Below are positions 49,123 through 58,351 of a stretch of 64,000 nucleotides of DNA, piece after piece; the stretch's first letter is position 1, and each line of letters opens with the position of its first letter. The notes below the pieces were generated by a model that worked only from the letters and a program-made list of their open reading frames with translations, had not been told where the DNA came from and did no database searches. The stretch is from Candidatus Latescibacterota bacterium (lineage in GTDB: Bacteria > Latescibacterota > UBA2968 > UBA8231), in contig OZ242214.1 of the NCBI GenBank assembly GCA_965206595.1, positions 1,394,986-1,458,985 of the forward strand, given 5' to 3'. Position numbers and translations under genes: made by a program.

Positions 49123-49156
49123 CCCCGTCGAGCCATGCTCGGCGGGGTTTTTTTTA
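49123..49156 (+). terminator. Rho-independent terminator (GC-rich hairpin + T8)
   Basis: CCCCGTCGAGC-CAT-GCTCGGCGGGG followed by TTTTTTTT, 26 nt after the stop of 48612..49097. Confidence 0.65.
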
Positions 49157-49597
49157 CATGCCGAGTGCCCTGGCCCCGGTCCGGGTCAGGCGAGCCGAGG
49201 TCCACTCCGGCTCCCAGGTAAAGTCGACGATGCACTGGCGTACCCCGTCCACGGCGAGCACGCGGTCGCGGATCGGGTTGCCGATGAATTGGTACTTCGG
49301 GCGGCCGCGGTGCGGCATCGTCATCAGGATCCTGGCCACTCCGTCGTCGACCCGCAGATCGTAGATGTACCCCATGTCGACCACGTTGCTGTCGATCGCC
49401 ATCAGCTGATCGTCTTCGACCTGGCGCAGGGCCTCCCATACAGAGCGTTTGAGCGCATGGTCGGCGGCGCCGGCATGGGTCAGGCCGGTCTCGCCCGGGC
49501 GCCCCAACCTTCCGTTGGCGGTTGCCTTCACCTCAGGTAGCTCTCCTTCCGAAACCGAAAGCGGGTTCAGCAGACGACGGCGCAGGTCCTGTACCAT
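49154..49597 (-). CDS. DUF59/MIP18-like (metal-sulfur cluster assembly-type) domain protein
   Basis: C-terminal 147 aa of ORF 49154..50158 from the ATG preceded by GGAGGAGA; domain pattern VWEALRQVEDDQLMAIDSNVVDMGYIYDLRVDDGVARILMTM...VDFTWEPEWT. Confidence 0.55.
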   Translation of the reverse strand: MVQDLRRRLLNPLSVSEGELPEVKATANGRLGRPGETGLTHAGAADHALKRSVWEALRQVEDDQLMAIDSNVVDMGYIYDLRVDDGVARILMTMPHRGRPKYQFIGNPIRDRVLAVDGVRQCIVDFTWEPEWTSARLTRTGARALGM

Positions 49598-50958
49598 TTC
49601 GCGGCCGTTCTCCTCCGGGTAGTGCGAGGCGAAGTATGCGTTCTTTGAAAGAGCGCCGACCCCTCCTGCAAATCCGTCCTGCCGTGGATGGGGGCGCGGC
49701 ACCAGATCTGGCCGCGGCCGAAATAGCTGAGGTTGGGAGGACCGCTGTGGTTCAGGGGGCCGCAGTTTTTCGACCGATGCTCCAGCCAAAGGGCTATGAA
49801 AGCGTCGCGGCTTTCGCGGCGGAAGAACCCGACGCCCCATTGGTCGTTCTCGTGGGAAACTGGCACTTCCCCTTCGTGCAGAATCCCCTCGCGGTCGATC
49901 CAGACGGAGTCGCTGAACGGCATCCCGTAGAACAGCCACTCGTCGTCGCGCACCACGTTGGTCTCGAAGCGCGCCAGCGCATCCATGCGGCTCTCCTTGA
50001 GGAACCAGGGGAGCCCGGCGTAGAAGGTGTAGGTCAGGTCCATGTGCAGCCGGCTCGGCGTAAACACCGGGTGCAGGGAAGAGCGAGGAAACCCCCAGCG
50101 GCGCACCTGCACGCACAAGGGGCCGCGAATCACCTCGTAGTTCGGGCAGCGGGACCACCCGGTTACGCGAAATTTTTGGTAGTTGCCGGAGCCCATGTAG
50201 TCGTGGCCCCAGTCGATTCCCGGAGGTTCGCCGTGCCCTTCTCCCCCGGTGTACAGCTCCAAGGGGGCGCCGTAGGGCACGATCCCGAAGCCGCGTCTGA
50301 ACTGCAGCCGCTGCAGCTGGCCGTTCTGGGCGGAAAGGTGGGCGGTGAAGTGGTTGCTGGCGATGCTGAGGCCGAACTCCTCGCCGCTGACCGCCAAGTC
50401 GGTAGGGTACTCCGGCAACTCGGCGTCGCGGTTGCCGTACAGAATCAGGTACCGGCCGCGGCTGTTGGCCGGCAGATCGACCTGGAGCAGCAGCCGGCAG
50501 CTTCGCACCTCGCCGTCGAACACCTCCCGACAGACCTGGCTCGGCACCTCGCGCAGGGTCCCGCTTTCGTCATCGATCCTGGCGACGCGAAGCTCGCGTC
50601 GCAGATCGGTTACCTGGTCGGCAGCAAATTCGACGACGCTCTCGACAGGCTCCCTCGATCTTTCCAGGCCGGCGCTCTCGGCGATCTCCAGGACCTTGTA
50701 GAAGGCCCATCCCCGCGCCCAGTCCTCCCACGGGTCCGGCAGCCCCGCCACGCGCCCGAAGCTCGAAGCCGGGGAGGGGGCCGCTTCGCCGCTGCCATGG
50801 CCGGACAGGTGCCGCTGGCGTTCGAAGGTCAGCGTCTCCTTGATCGACTCGGCCAGCGACATGGCGACATCGATGTTGCCCTCCCGGTGTGCAGTCTCCA
50901 GGAGGCGCAATTTCACCTCGACGCTGTCGGTACGGTGCCGGTATTCGGTCTCTGGCAT
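49567..50958 (-). CDS. Hypothetical cytoplasmic protein (463 aa, no family recognised)
   Basis: Start at internal ATG 50958 (MPETEYRHRTDSVEV) with AGGAGAAAG RBS; the upstream 216 codons of ORF 49567..51606 are not credited; C-terminal ~25 aa look low-complexity. Confidence 0.5.
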   Translation of the reverse strand: MPETEYRHRTDSVEVKLRLLETAHREGNIDVAMSLAESIKETLTFERQRHLSGHGSGEAAPSPASSFGRVAGLPDPWEDWARGWAFYKVLEIAESAGLERSREPVESVVEFAADQVTDLRRELRVARIDDESGTLREVPSQVCREVFDGEVRSCRLLLQVDLPANSRGRYLILYGNRDAELPEYPTDLAVSGEEFGLSIASNHFTAHLSAQNGQLQRLQFRRGFGIVPYGAPLELYTGGEGHGEPPGIDWGHDYMGSGNYQKFRVTGWSRCPNYEVIRGPLCVQVRRWGFPRSSLHPVFTPSRLHMDLTYTFYAGLPWFLKESRMDALARFETNVVRDDEWLFYGMPFSDSVWIDREGILHEGEVPVSHENDQWGVGFFRRESRDAFIALWLEHRSKNCGPLNHSGPPNLSYFGRGQIWCRAPIHGRTDLQEGSALFQRTHTSPRTTRRRTAAKWYRTCAVVC

Positions 50959-51080
50959 TCTTCTTTCTCCTGTTCGGATCTCCGGCCGGCCGGCTGTCCG
51001 GCCTGGCACCTGGGCCGATCGCTTCAACGCAGTGGCAGGAAATGTCGGCAGAATCGAACCAGTCCCGGTCTCGGGGCTGG

Positions 51081-52112
51081 CTACGACTGCATGCAGGCCT
51101 CTGCTTCGGCTACGTCGTCGGCGCTGCCGATTATCAGGGGAGTGCGTTGGTGGAGGCTGTCCGGCACCAGGTCGAGTATGCGCGTGGTTCCGGTCGAGGC
51201 GCATCCGCCGGCCTGCTCGACGACGAAAGCCAGCGGTGCCGCCTCGTACAGCAGCCGCAGCTTGCCGCTTTCCGATTCGCGATCGCCCGGGTAGAGAAAG
51301 ATCCCCCCCTTGAGCAGGTTGCGATGGAAATCGGACACCAGGGAACCGATGTAGCGCCCCGAGTAGGGGCGGCCCCTGGGCTTGTCGTTGGCCTTCAGGC
51401 TGCTGATGTAGTTTCGGACTCCGGGAAACCACTTGTCGGCGTTTCCCTCGTTGACGCTGTAGATCTTGCCTCGAGAGGGGATGCGGATTTTCTGGTGGGA
51501 GAGCAGGAACTCGCCGAGGGTCGGGTCGAGGGTGAATCCGTGGGTTCCCCTCCCGGTTGTGTAAACGAGCATCGTGCTCGAACCGTAGATGATGTAGCCG
51601 GCGCACACCTGGTCGGTACCCCGCATGAGGAAGTCCCTTTCGGTGGGGCGCCGCCTTCTCCCTTTGCGCCTGTGGCGGTAGATGGAGAATATCGTGCCGA
51701 TGCTGACGTTGACGTCGATGTTGGAAGAGCCGTCCACGGGATCGAAGACGAGGAGGTAATCGCCGCTTGGATGCCTGGCGGGGATGGTGTAGACGTCGTC
51801 CATCTCCTCGGACGCCATGCCGGCCAGGTGGCCCGTGTGGTCGGTGGCATGGATTATCGTGGAATTGGCGAACTCGTCCATGTGCTTGACTTCCTCGCCG
51901 TGGACGTTGACGCGTCCGGTCAGGCCCATCACCTGCGCCAACCCCGCCTTGTTGACTTCGCGGGCGATCAGTTTTCCGGCAATGGCCAGGGCCAGCAACA
52001 GCTCGGAGAATCCTCCCCTGGCCTCGGGGAACCGGCGCTGCTCTTCCGTAATGAACCGGTGGAGGGTGGTCCCTCTTTCCATGCCGGGGAGTGGATCGGA
52101 TGAAGTCGTCAT
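51081..52112 (-). CDS. fbp: Fructose-1,6-bisphosphatase, class 1
   Basis: N-terminal TLHRFITEEQRRFPEARGGFSELL, later LVFDPVDGSSNIDVNVSIGTIFSIY and GKLRLLYEAAPLAFVVEQAGG; start at internal ATG 52112. Confidence 0.85.
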   Translation of the reverse strand: MTTSSDPLPGMERGTTLHRFITEEQRRFPEARGGFSELLLALAIAGKLIAREVNKAGLAQVMGLTGRVNVHGEEVKHMDEFANSTIIHATDHTGHLAGMASEEMDDVYTIPARHPSGDYLLVFDPVDGSSNIDVNVSIGTIFSIYRHRRKGRRRRPTERDFLMRGTDQVCAGYIIYGSSTMLVYTTGRGTHGFTLDPTLGEFLLSHQKIRIPSRGKIYSVNEGNADKWFPGVRNYISSLKANDKPRGRPYSGRYIGSLVSDFHRNLLKGGIFLYPGDRESESGKLRLLYEAAPLAFVVEQAGGCASTGTTRILDLVPDSLHQRTPLIIGSADDVAEAEACMQS

Positions 52113-52220
52113 CTGTGGGGTGCCCTTCTTGCCGAACATAAAGGGGTTGCCGCAGGTGCGGTCAAGGCGGATCCGCCTGGAGTGGGCATTCCTCAATCTT
52201 CAGGAATTCGCGTCCCCAGG

Positions 52221-53234
52221 CTACAGCTCCGCGGCAAGAACCCACATCGGATTCTCTCCCACCTCGTAGCTGTCGAGGAAAGCGAGCTCCCCCGAACCGC
52301 GGTCGATTCCATACGCCGACATCCTGCCGCTGTCGACGCCGGCTGCGAAGACGAACTTCCCTAGCGGGTCGATGTCGAACCCGCGCACGTGGGGTTCGGT
52401 CGGGACGCGACAGATGAGGGTGAGTTCCCCGGAAACCGGATCGATGGCGAAGCAGGCAACCGAATCGTGGCCGCGGTTGGGAGCGTAGAGGAACTTCCCC
52501 GAAGGGTGAACTCGCAGCTGCGAGGTGGTGTTCCCGCCCCGGTCGAAATCGGCGGGCAAGGTCGAGATCGTCTGAAAGGGTGGCGACAGGCGGCCGTCCT
52601 CCGCAACGCGGTATGCCGAAATGCTGCTCCCCTGCTCATCGGTCGTGTACATCACCTCGAGACGGGGATGGAAGCGGATGTGCCGCGGGCCGGTCCTCGC
52701 AGGGGGGACGAGGACGCCGAGATCCTGCAGCGCGATCTCGCCGGTCTCGCCGTCGTAGGTGTACTGGAAGATGGCGTTCTGGGTAATGCAGTGGGGAACG
52801 TACACGTACCGGTTGTTGGGGTGTACCTGGACCGAATGCGCTCCCCGAATCGAATGGACCGTACAGGCCGCGGGGGCGATCAGGGCCCCGTCTTCTCCGA
52901 CGCGATAGCTGCTCGCACGGGCGCCACCGTTGCTCGAGGTGAGCATGAACCTGCCGGTGGCGTCGGAAGTCGCGTACACGGAATCCGACTCTTCGGCGAT
53001 GGTTCCGAGAAGATCCAGGGATCCGTCGCGCGGGTCGATGGCAAAGCTCGCGAACCGGCTGGCCCTGCGCTGGACCACGTAGAGGACCCGTTTTCCCGGC
53101 TCGATGGCGATGGCAGCAGGTCCACCTCCAAGGGGGGTCTGGTGAGCCAGGTCGAGGGCGCCGGTTTCACCATCCATGGAGTAGGCGGCGACCCTGTCCT
53201 CATCCATGATCGAGACGTATATGTAGCAGGCCAT
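52221..53234 (-). CDS. 7-bladed beta-propeller lactonase (6-phosphogluconolactonase/YbhE-like)
   Basis: Repeated propeller blades (HPNNRYVYV, HPRLEVMYT, HPSGKFLYAPNRGHDSV); start at internal ATG 53234 (MACYIYVSIMDED). Confidence 0.7.
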   Translation of the reverse strand: MACYIYVSIMDEDRVAAYSMDGETGALDLAHQTPLGGGPAAIAIEPGKRVLYVVQRRASRFASFAIDPRDGSLDLLGTIAEESDSVYATSDATGRFMLTSSNGGARASSYRVGEDGALIAPAACTVHSIRGAHSVQVHPNNRYVYVPHCITQNAIFQYTYDGETGEIALQDLGVLVPPARTGPRHIRFHPRLEVMYTTDEQGSSISAYRVAEDGRLSPPFQTISTLPADFDRGGNTTSQLRVHPSGKFLYAPNRGHDSVACFAIDPVSGELTLICRVPTEPHVRGFDIDPLGKFVFAAGVDSGRMSAYGIDRGSGELAFLDSYEVGENPMWVLAAEL

Positions 53235-53905
53235 CCTGTCTCCTCTGGTTTGGGTATGGGTTGTCCAGGGCAACCTACGGGAATCCTTCTCCTGCGACCA
53301 ACGCCGCGGGTGGAGCCTCGCGACCCCGTCCCTGGGGATCGGCTCGCATGCGGTAGAAATCCCTTATATCCGGATGCCAGGTACAGGATGGGTTGCGACC
53401 ACGGGCGCTCCCTTTCCCTCGATGCCCACAAACACGGGCCTGGAGGGAAAGGGAGCGGAACGCGCTCTACCTGCCGACACCGTACTACACTCCCGGCGGC
53501 CGTGAATGGGAGGAACTCGACCCCGTGCTGCCTGCCGGCTTCGACCCGGAGGGGCCGGCGGAGTTCGAGGATTTCTGATTTGGGGAAGAGTACGTGTCAG
53601 CTCCCGACGAGGGGGCGGGACCACGAATGCAGCGGTGGCGAAGGACTGCACGTGTTGAAGATCATCATGGGGCTGTTCGAGTCTGCCGCATACGGCCGTC
53701 GAATGGAAATGCCGCAGAAACCGGAGTCATCCCCTGCTGCGCTGGCGCCGGGAACACGGCCTCGGCGATCCAGGACCGTGCCGAGAGACTACGGGGAGTG
53801 GCTGGCGGTCGAGGATGAACGACTTGCCGGGAAGAGCCCGAACGCGTAAGTCCGGGTTCGTACCGAGGGGGCGGATGCCCCCGTAGCCACTGACAGCTGG
53901 GGGGA

Positions 53906-54772
53906 TCAGGCTGCTTCGGACAGGTTCTCCGGCATGTTCTCGAGCCTCGTCATCCAATAGTGGGCGTCGAAATTCCCGTCGCCGGTCAGAAATCGCCACA
54001 GCTTGATCCTGTTGACGATCTCGAGACGCCCGTCGGCCGCCTCGAACCAGGGCTCCTGCCGGTTGAGGATCGTCGGGATGCTGTCCTCTCTGTGGCTCGA
54101 ACCGCCGTAGATGATTTCCGGCCCTCCCCCTTCATCGAGGTCATCGGTGTTCCACAGTCGCAGCTGCCGCACCGTGGGGTTCAGGCGGATCTTGAACATG
54201 TAACGGACCCGGTCGGTCTTGTTCTGCCGGCCGCAGTGCCAGATGCCGTGGTGGACGACCGCCAGGGTGCCCGCTTTGCACACCATCGGCAGCTGTCCGA
54301 GGAAGTTCTGGTAGCGGCCGACGTCGAGCTCGTTGACGCGGCGGAAATGGCTTCCCGGAAGCAGCATGGTGCCGCCCATTTCCAACGGCACGTCGTGGGG
54401 GAAGTACATCAACTGGATGTCGAAGTGCATGCGCATGTCGATGATCGAGTCGCCGTGCAGCCCCTGGGCATGGCCTTCGTTCGGCTGGCGGACGTGAACG
54501 GCCTGATGGTCGAACAGGGGGTCTTCTCCGACCAGGCTCTGGATGATCCCGTGTATTTCCGGCATCCTCAGCATCTTTCCGACAGGAGAGGGGTCGGGGT
54601 AGCATTTCGACAACGGGGTGCCGGCGGGTTGGCTGTCGATGCCGCCGCCGTCGATCTCGGCGATCACCGCCCGATTGATCTCCCCGGGTACGATCTCGTC
54701 CAACTGAAGCACGCCGCGGGCCACGAATTCAGCCATCTGACTCGAGTTGAGCAGGTACTTTTTTTCGACCAT
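53906..54772 (-). CDS. PhyH-family Fe(II)/2OG dioxygenase
   Basis: Start at internal ATG 54772 (MVEKKYLLNSSQMAEFVARG) with GGAGGAGA RBS; H-x-D (LHGDSIID), distal His/Arg (IWHCGRQNKTDRVRY). Confidence 0.85.
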   Translation of the reverse strand: MVEKKYLLNSSQMAEFVARGVLQLDEIVPGEINRAVIAEIDGGGIDSQPAGTPLSKCYPDPSPVGKMLRMPEIHGIIQSLVGEDPLFDHQAVHVRQPNEGHAQGLHGDSIIDMRMHFDIQLMYFPHDVPLEMGGTMLLPGSHFRRVNELDVGRYQNFLGQLPMVCKAGTLAVVHHGIWHCGRQNKTDRVRYMFKIRLNPTVRQLRLWNTDDLDEGGGPEIIYGGSSHREDSIPTILNRQEPWFEAADGRLEIVNRIKLWRFLTGDGNFDAHYWMTRLENMPENLSEAA

Positions 54773-55050
54773 CAGTCGATCTCCTCCAGTTTCTCGAAGA
54801 TGAACTCGTTCTTTTGAAACGAAGTGGTGTACTCGGTGTCGGGGTAGGGAGGGATCAACTGCGGGAACTGGATCACCCTCCACCCGTCGAGCAGGGCGTC
54901 GAGGCCGGTTTCGTACGGCGGTTCGCTGCTGTCGCCGGTGGTGTGGTGCTCTTTTCCGGTGCCGTCGTAGAAGGTCCATCCCTTGACCGGGCTGTCTAGC
55001 GCCGAGTAGGACAAGTAAAGAATCATCACCTTCTGTCTGCGCTCCGGCAT
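54772..55050 (-). CDS. Small hypothetical protein (~90 aa) translationally coupled to the downstream PhyH gene
   Basis: Stop TGA overlaps the PhyH ATG (TGATG); candidate starts at ATG 55062 or 55050 (GGAG 8 nt upstream); sequence MPERRQKVMILYLSYSALDSPVKGWTFYDGTG...; no family recognised. Confidence 0.45.
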   Translation of the reverse strand: MPERRQKVMILYLSYSALDSPVKGWTFYDGTGKEHHTTGDSSEPPYETGLDALLDGWRVIQFPQLIPPYPDTEYTTSFQKNEFIFEKLEEID

Positions 55051-55135
55051 CTCCTTCTCCATCCCCAGAAGTGCTGGGTGTCGGGCAGTCACTCTTCCTG
55101 TTTCACCAAATGATAAGCACTTCCGGGCCCTGCCG

Positions 55136-56341
55136 TCAGGCGGATGCAGGCGCCGCCGGCAGGCTGACCAGGGCCCGGTCCCTGATCGGCAGGTGGACGA
55201 TCGCGGCCGCGACCCCGAGAACGATGGCCCCGACCCAGACAGCATCGTACGATCCGGTGGCATCGTAGATGCGGCCTCCGAGCCAGACCCCGAGGAATCC
55301 ACCGACCTGGTGGCTGAAGAAGACGATCCCATAGAGCGACGAGAGCCTGGCGGGTCCGAAGATCTGGGCGACGGTACCGCTGGTCAGCGGCACTGTCGCC
55401 AGCCAGAGAAACCCGATGGCGCAGGCGAAGATCAGGGCGGTCGCCGTGGTGACGGGCACCACCAGGAAGCCGCTGATGACCAGGGCCCGGGCGAAGTAGA
55501 GGAAGCTGAGAAGGTATTTTTTGCGGTAGCGATCCCCGAGCCGGCCGAAGAGATAGGATCCCCCCATGTTGAACAGCCCGATCAGGGCGAGGGCGGCGGC
55601 AGCGGCCATCTCGGGTAGCCCGTGATCGCCGAGGTAGGCCGGCAGGTGGGTGGCAATGAAAGCGACATGGAATCCGCAGACGAAGAAACCGGCGTTCAGC
55701 AGCAGGTAGCCCGAATGCTTGCCCGCCTGTGACAGGAGGCGGGAAAAGTTGTCCTCGAGGTCGGAGGTGCGGGTACCCTCCCGGGCATGCGATGCCGGAG
55801 GGAATCCGAGTGCGAAGAAGGCGATGGCAGCGACCACGGCGGCGCCGTACAGCAGGGTGGCCTGCCACGATACGGTGTCGATCAGCCACTGGATCAGCGG
55901 GACGAGGGCGAAGGTGCCGAAGGAACCGGCAGCGGTTACGATGCCGAAGGAGGTGACCCTCTTTTCGGCCGGGACCACCCGGCTGACGGCGCCGAGAAGG
56001 ACGACGTAGGACGTGGCGCTGAGAGCCAAACCGACGAGGACCCCGAGGGAGAGGAAGGTGAGCCAGGGACCGGTAGCGACGGCGAGGAGGACGAAGCCGG
56101 CGGTGTACAGCAGAGCCCCGGAGGCCACTACCCGGCGCGGGCCGATGCGGTCGGCGAGCATGCCGGCGATCGGCAGCCCGAACAGGATGTTCTGCAGGGC
56201 CATGGCGAGGCTGAAGGTCTCCCTGCCCGTCGACAGGGATTCCGTCACAGGTTGCAGGAACAGGCCGAAGGACTGCCTGGCTCCCATGGAGATGGCGACC
56301 GTGACCGCGCTGATCAGGATGACGAGGGTGGATTTCTTCAC
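55136..56341 (-). CDS. MFS-family transporter
   Basis: 401 aa; about 12 hydrophobic helices; typical cytoplasmic-loop motifs (GMLADRIGPRRV, GRLGDRYRKK). Confidence 0.85.
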   Translation of the reverse strand: MKKSTLVILISAVTVAISMGARQSFGLFLQPVTESLSTGRETFSLAMALQNILFGLPIAGMLADRIGPRRVVASGALLYTAGFVLLAVATGPWLTFLSLGVLVGLALSATSYVVLLGAVSRVVPAEKRVTSFGIVTAAGSFGTFALVPLIQWLIDTVSWQATLLYGAAVVAAIAFFALGFPPASHAREGTRTSDLEDNFSRLLSQAGKHSGYLLLNAGFFVCGFHVAFIATHLPAYLGDHGLPEMAAAAALALIGLFNMGGSYLFGRLGDRYRKKYLLSFLYFARALVISGFLVVPVTTATALIFACAIGFLWLATVPLTSGTVAQIFGPARLSSLYGIVFFSHQVGGFLGVWLGGRIYDATGSYDAVWVGAIVLGVAAAIVHLPIRDRALVSLPAAPASA

Positions 56342-56580
56342 GACGAGGCGATCCGCAGGGATTCAGGACATCTGCCGCGGCTTGTGGCCGGGGATCGGCG
56401 ATGGCTACAATCCGCATCCGGCCGATTGCGGAAGGAACCCGGAAACCGCGCCAGCCTTCGTAAATTCAGGGAGAAAGGGGACCGGGAGGCGGGGTGGTCG
56501 GGCGGGGCAAGGGAAGATCAGGGCAATCCGCTTTCAGGCAGGCCGCCGGGGAGGTAACCGTCCGCATGAGTTCTCTACCG

Positions 56581-57450
56581 CTAAGCGAAATACATCTCCC
56601 CGGAAAAAGGCAGGGGTTGCGAAGGCCGTTCGTAGTGGATCTGTTTCGGAGTCCTTTCGAGGGCCGCTGCCCACTGGTCGCGCCAGTCCTCGTAGCGGGT
56701 TTCCGACCCCGGGTCGCGACGGCTGCGAACCACGCTGCTGGGCCACTCCGGCCGCGGTGAGGGCTCCCCGGCCTTCTGGTAGCGCAGATCCATGCTCCAG
56801 CGCACGCCGTCGGTGTTGTTGGGGCCGGAGCCGTGCGGGGTCAGCTTGTGCACGAACAGCACGTCCCCCTTCTTCATCGGCAGCGTCACCTTCTCGACAT
56901 CGGGCAGGTCGTGGTGGTAGGTCCAGTAGACCATGCGGTTGCGGTGCACGCGGGGCAGAACCTGGAGGCAGCCGTTCTCCTCGGTGGCGTTGACGAGGGG
57001 CACCCAGACCGTCACCTGCAGGATCCCGGCAGCTTCCTGGGTGGTGAATACGGCGTCCTGATGGAAGATGACGTCCGTCGACGGCATCTTCGGGCGCACG
57101 TGAGAAACCGCGTTGCAGCTGATTTCGGGACCGATAAAGGGCTCGATGAGATCGACGAGGTTCTCGTTGCGCAGGAACTCGAAGGTGGCGCGGCGGCGAG
57201 TGACGCCGATATCGGGACAGCCGTCGACTTTCTTGGAGTCCTCGCCAAGCCGGGCAAGTCGGGTTTCGAATGGCTCCTCTGCGTGGAGATCGTCGATCTC
57301 CCCGCGGGCGTGAAGGTCCCTGGCGATCCCGTCGACGATGGCGATGTGGTCCTGGATGAGGGGTTCGAAATCGGCGTCGGTAAGTCCCCCTTCGACAACG
57401 ACGTACCCTTCTTCCTTGAAGAACTCGAGATGTTCGTCGGTGGTTTTCAT
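56581..57450 (-). CDS. PhyH-family Fe(II)/2OG dioxygenase
   Basis: Start at internal ATG 57450 (MKTTDEHLEFFKEEGYVVVEG); H-x-D (IFHQDAVF), distal His/Arg (KLTPHGSGPNNTDGVRWS). Confidence 0.85.
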   Translation of the reverse strand: MKTTDEHLEFFKEEGYVVVEGGLTDADFEPLIQDHIAIVDGIARDLHARGEIDDLHAEEPFETRLARLGEDSKKVDGCPDIGVTRRRATFEFLRNENLVDLIEPFIGPEISCNAVSHVRPKMPSTDVIFHQDAVFTTQEAAGILQVTVWVPLVNATEENGCLQVLPRVHRNRMVYWTYHHDLPDVEKVTLPMKKGDVLFVHKLTPHGSGPNNTDGVRWSMDLRYQKAGEPSPRPEWPSSVVRSRRDPGSETRYEDWRDQWAAALERTPKQIHYERPSQPLPFSGEMYFA

Positions 57451-57563
57451 GTCGGCTCCGGCGTTTCTGTGAACTCGAGAATTGTCAGGCTTGGATTGTT
57501 GGCAAACCATCATCTGAAAATAGCGAAATTGCGTTCTGCGCCACCAAACCGAAGGAGCATACG

Positions 57564-58349
57564 ATGCCAGATCCACATTCCCTGGAAGGAAAGAAAGCAC
57601 TCGTGACCGGCGGCCGGCGCCGCATCGGCAGGGGGATCGCCCTGTCGCTGGCGGAGGCGGGCTGCGATGTCGGAATCAACGACCTCGAAGAAGACGCCGA
57701 CGCCCTGGAGACCCTGCGCCTGATCGACGAGCGGGGCCGCAAAGCCGCGTTCTTTGCCGGCGACATCTCCAACAGCGCCCGGGTCGAGAGCATGTTCGCC
57801 GCATTCCTCGAACGCTTCGGCCGCATCGACATACTGGTGAACAACCCCTACGGCGGCACCGGACAGCCGTTTCTCGAGCTCACCGAGGAGAACTGGGATG
57901 CCAATCTCGATATCGGCCTGAAGGGATTCTTCCTGTGCAGCCAGCAGGCTGCCCGGGCAATGGTGGAACAGGGGGACGGGGGCTGCATCGTCAGCACCTC
58001 CTCCGTTCACGGGGTGCGCGCCTGGAAGGAAGACACCCCCTACGGCGCTGCCAAGGCCGGCGTCCTGCGCCTCACCGAGAGCATGGCCGTCGACCTCGGC
58101 GAGCACGGTATCCGCTGCAACGCCATCATGCCCGGCCACATGGACACGACCCACACGATCGGCACGCCCCCGCCGGAACGGGGAAGCATCGAGGAGGATC
58201 TGTACGCTTCGGTGCCTCTGCGCCGGCGCGGCACCCCGGAGGATATCGGCCGCGCTGTCGCCTTTCTCTGCTCTCCTGCCGCAGCCTGCATAACCGGGGT
58301 ATCGCTGGCGGTCGACGGCGGCCTGCTGGCAACTGCACCGGGAGACTAG
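57564..58349 (+). CDS. Short-chain dehydrogenase/reductase (SDR) family oxidoreductase
   Basis: KKALVTGGRRRIGRGIA (TGxxxGxG), NNPYGG, catalytic YGAAK; RBS GAAGGAG. Confidence 0.9.
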   Translation: MPDPHSLEGKKALVTGGRRRIGRGIALSLAEAGCDVGINDLEEDADALETLRLIDERGRKAAFFAGDISNSARVESMFAAFLERFGRIDILVNNPYGGTGQPFLELTEENWDANLDIGLKGFFLCSQQAARAMVEQGDGGCIVSTSSVHGVRAWKEDTPYGAAKAGVLRLTESMAVDLGEHGIRCNAIMPGHMDTTHTIGTPPPERGSIEEDLYASVPLRRRGTPEDIGRAVAFLCSPAAACITGVSLAVDGGLLATAPGD

Positions 58350-58351
58350 CC

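Noticed and set aside
49154-50158. 334-aa ORF as one gene
   Set aside because: Only the C-terminal 147 codons (from the ATG with GGAGGAGA RBS) form a DUF59-like domain; the upstream part overlaps the 3' end of the hypothetical gene 49567..50958 in another frame.
57935-58351. N-terminal 139-codon extension of the GH42-like ORF
   Set aside because: It overlaps the SDR gene in another frame with an Arg/Gly-rich translation; the ATG at 58352 directly follows the SDR stop and begins the conserved region.
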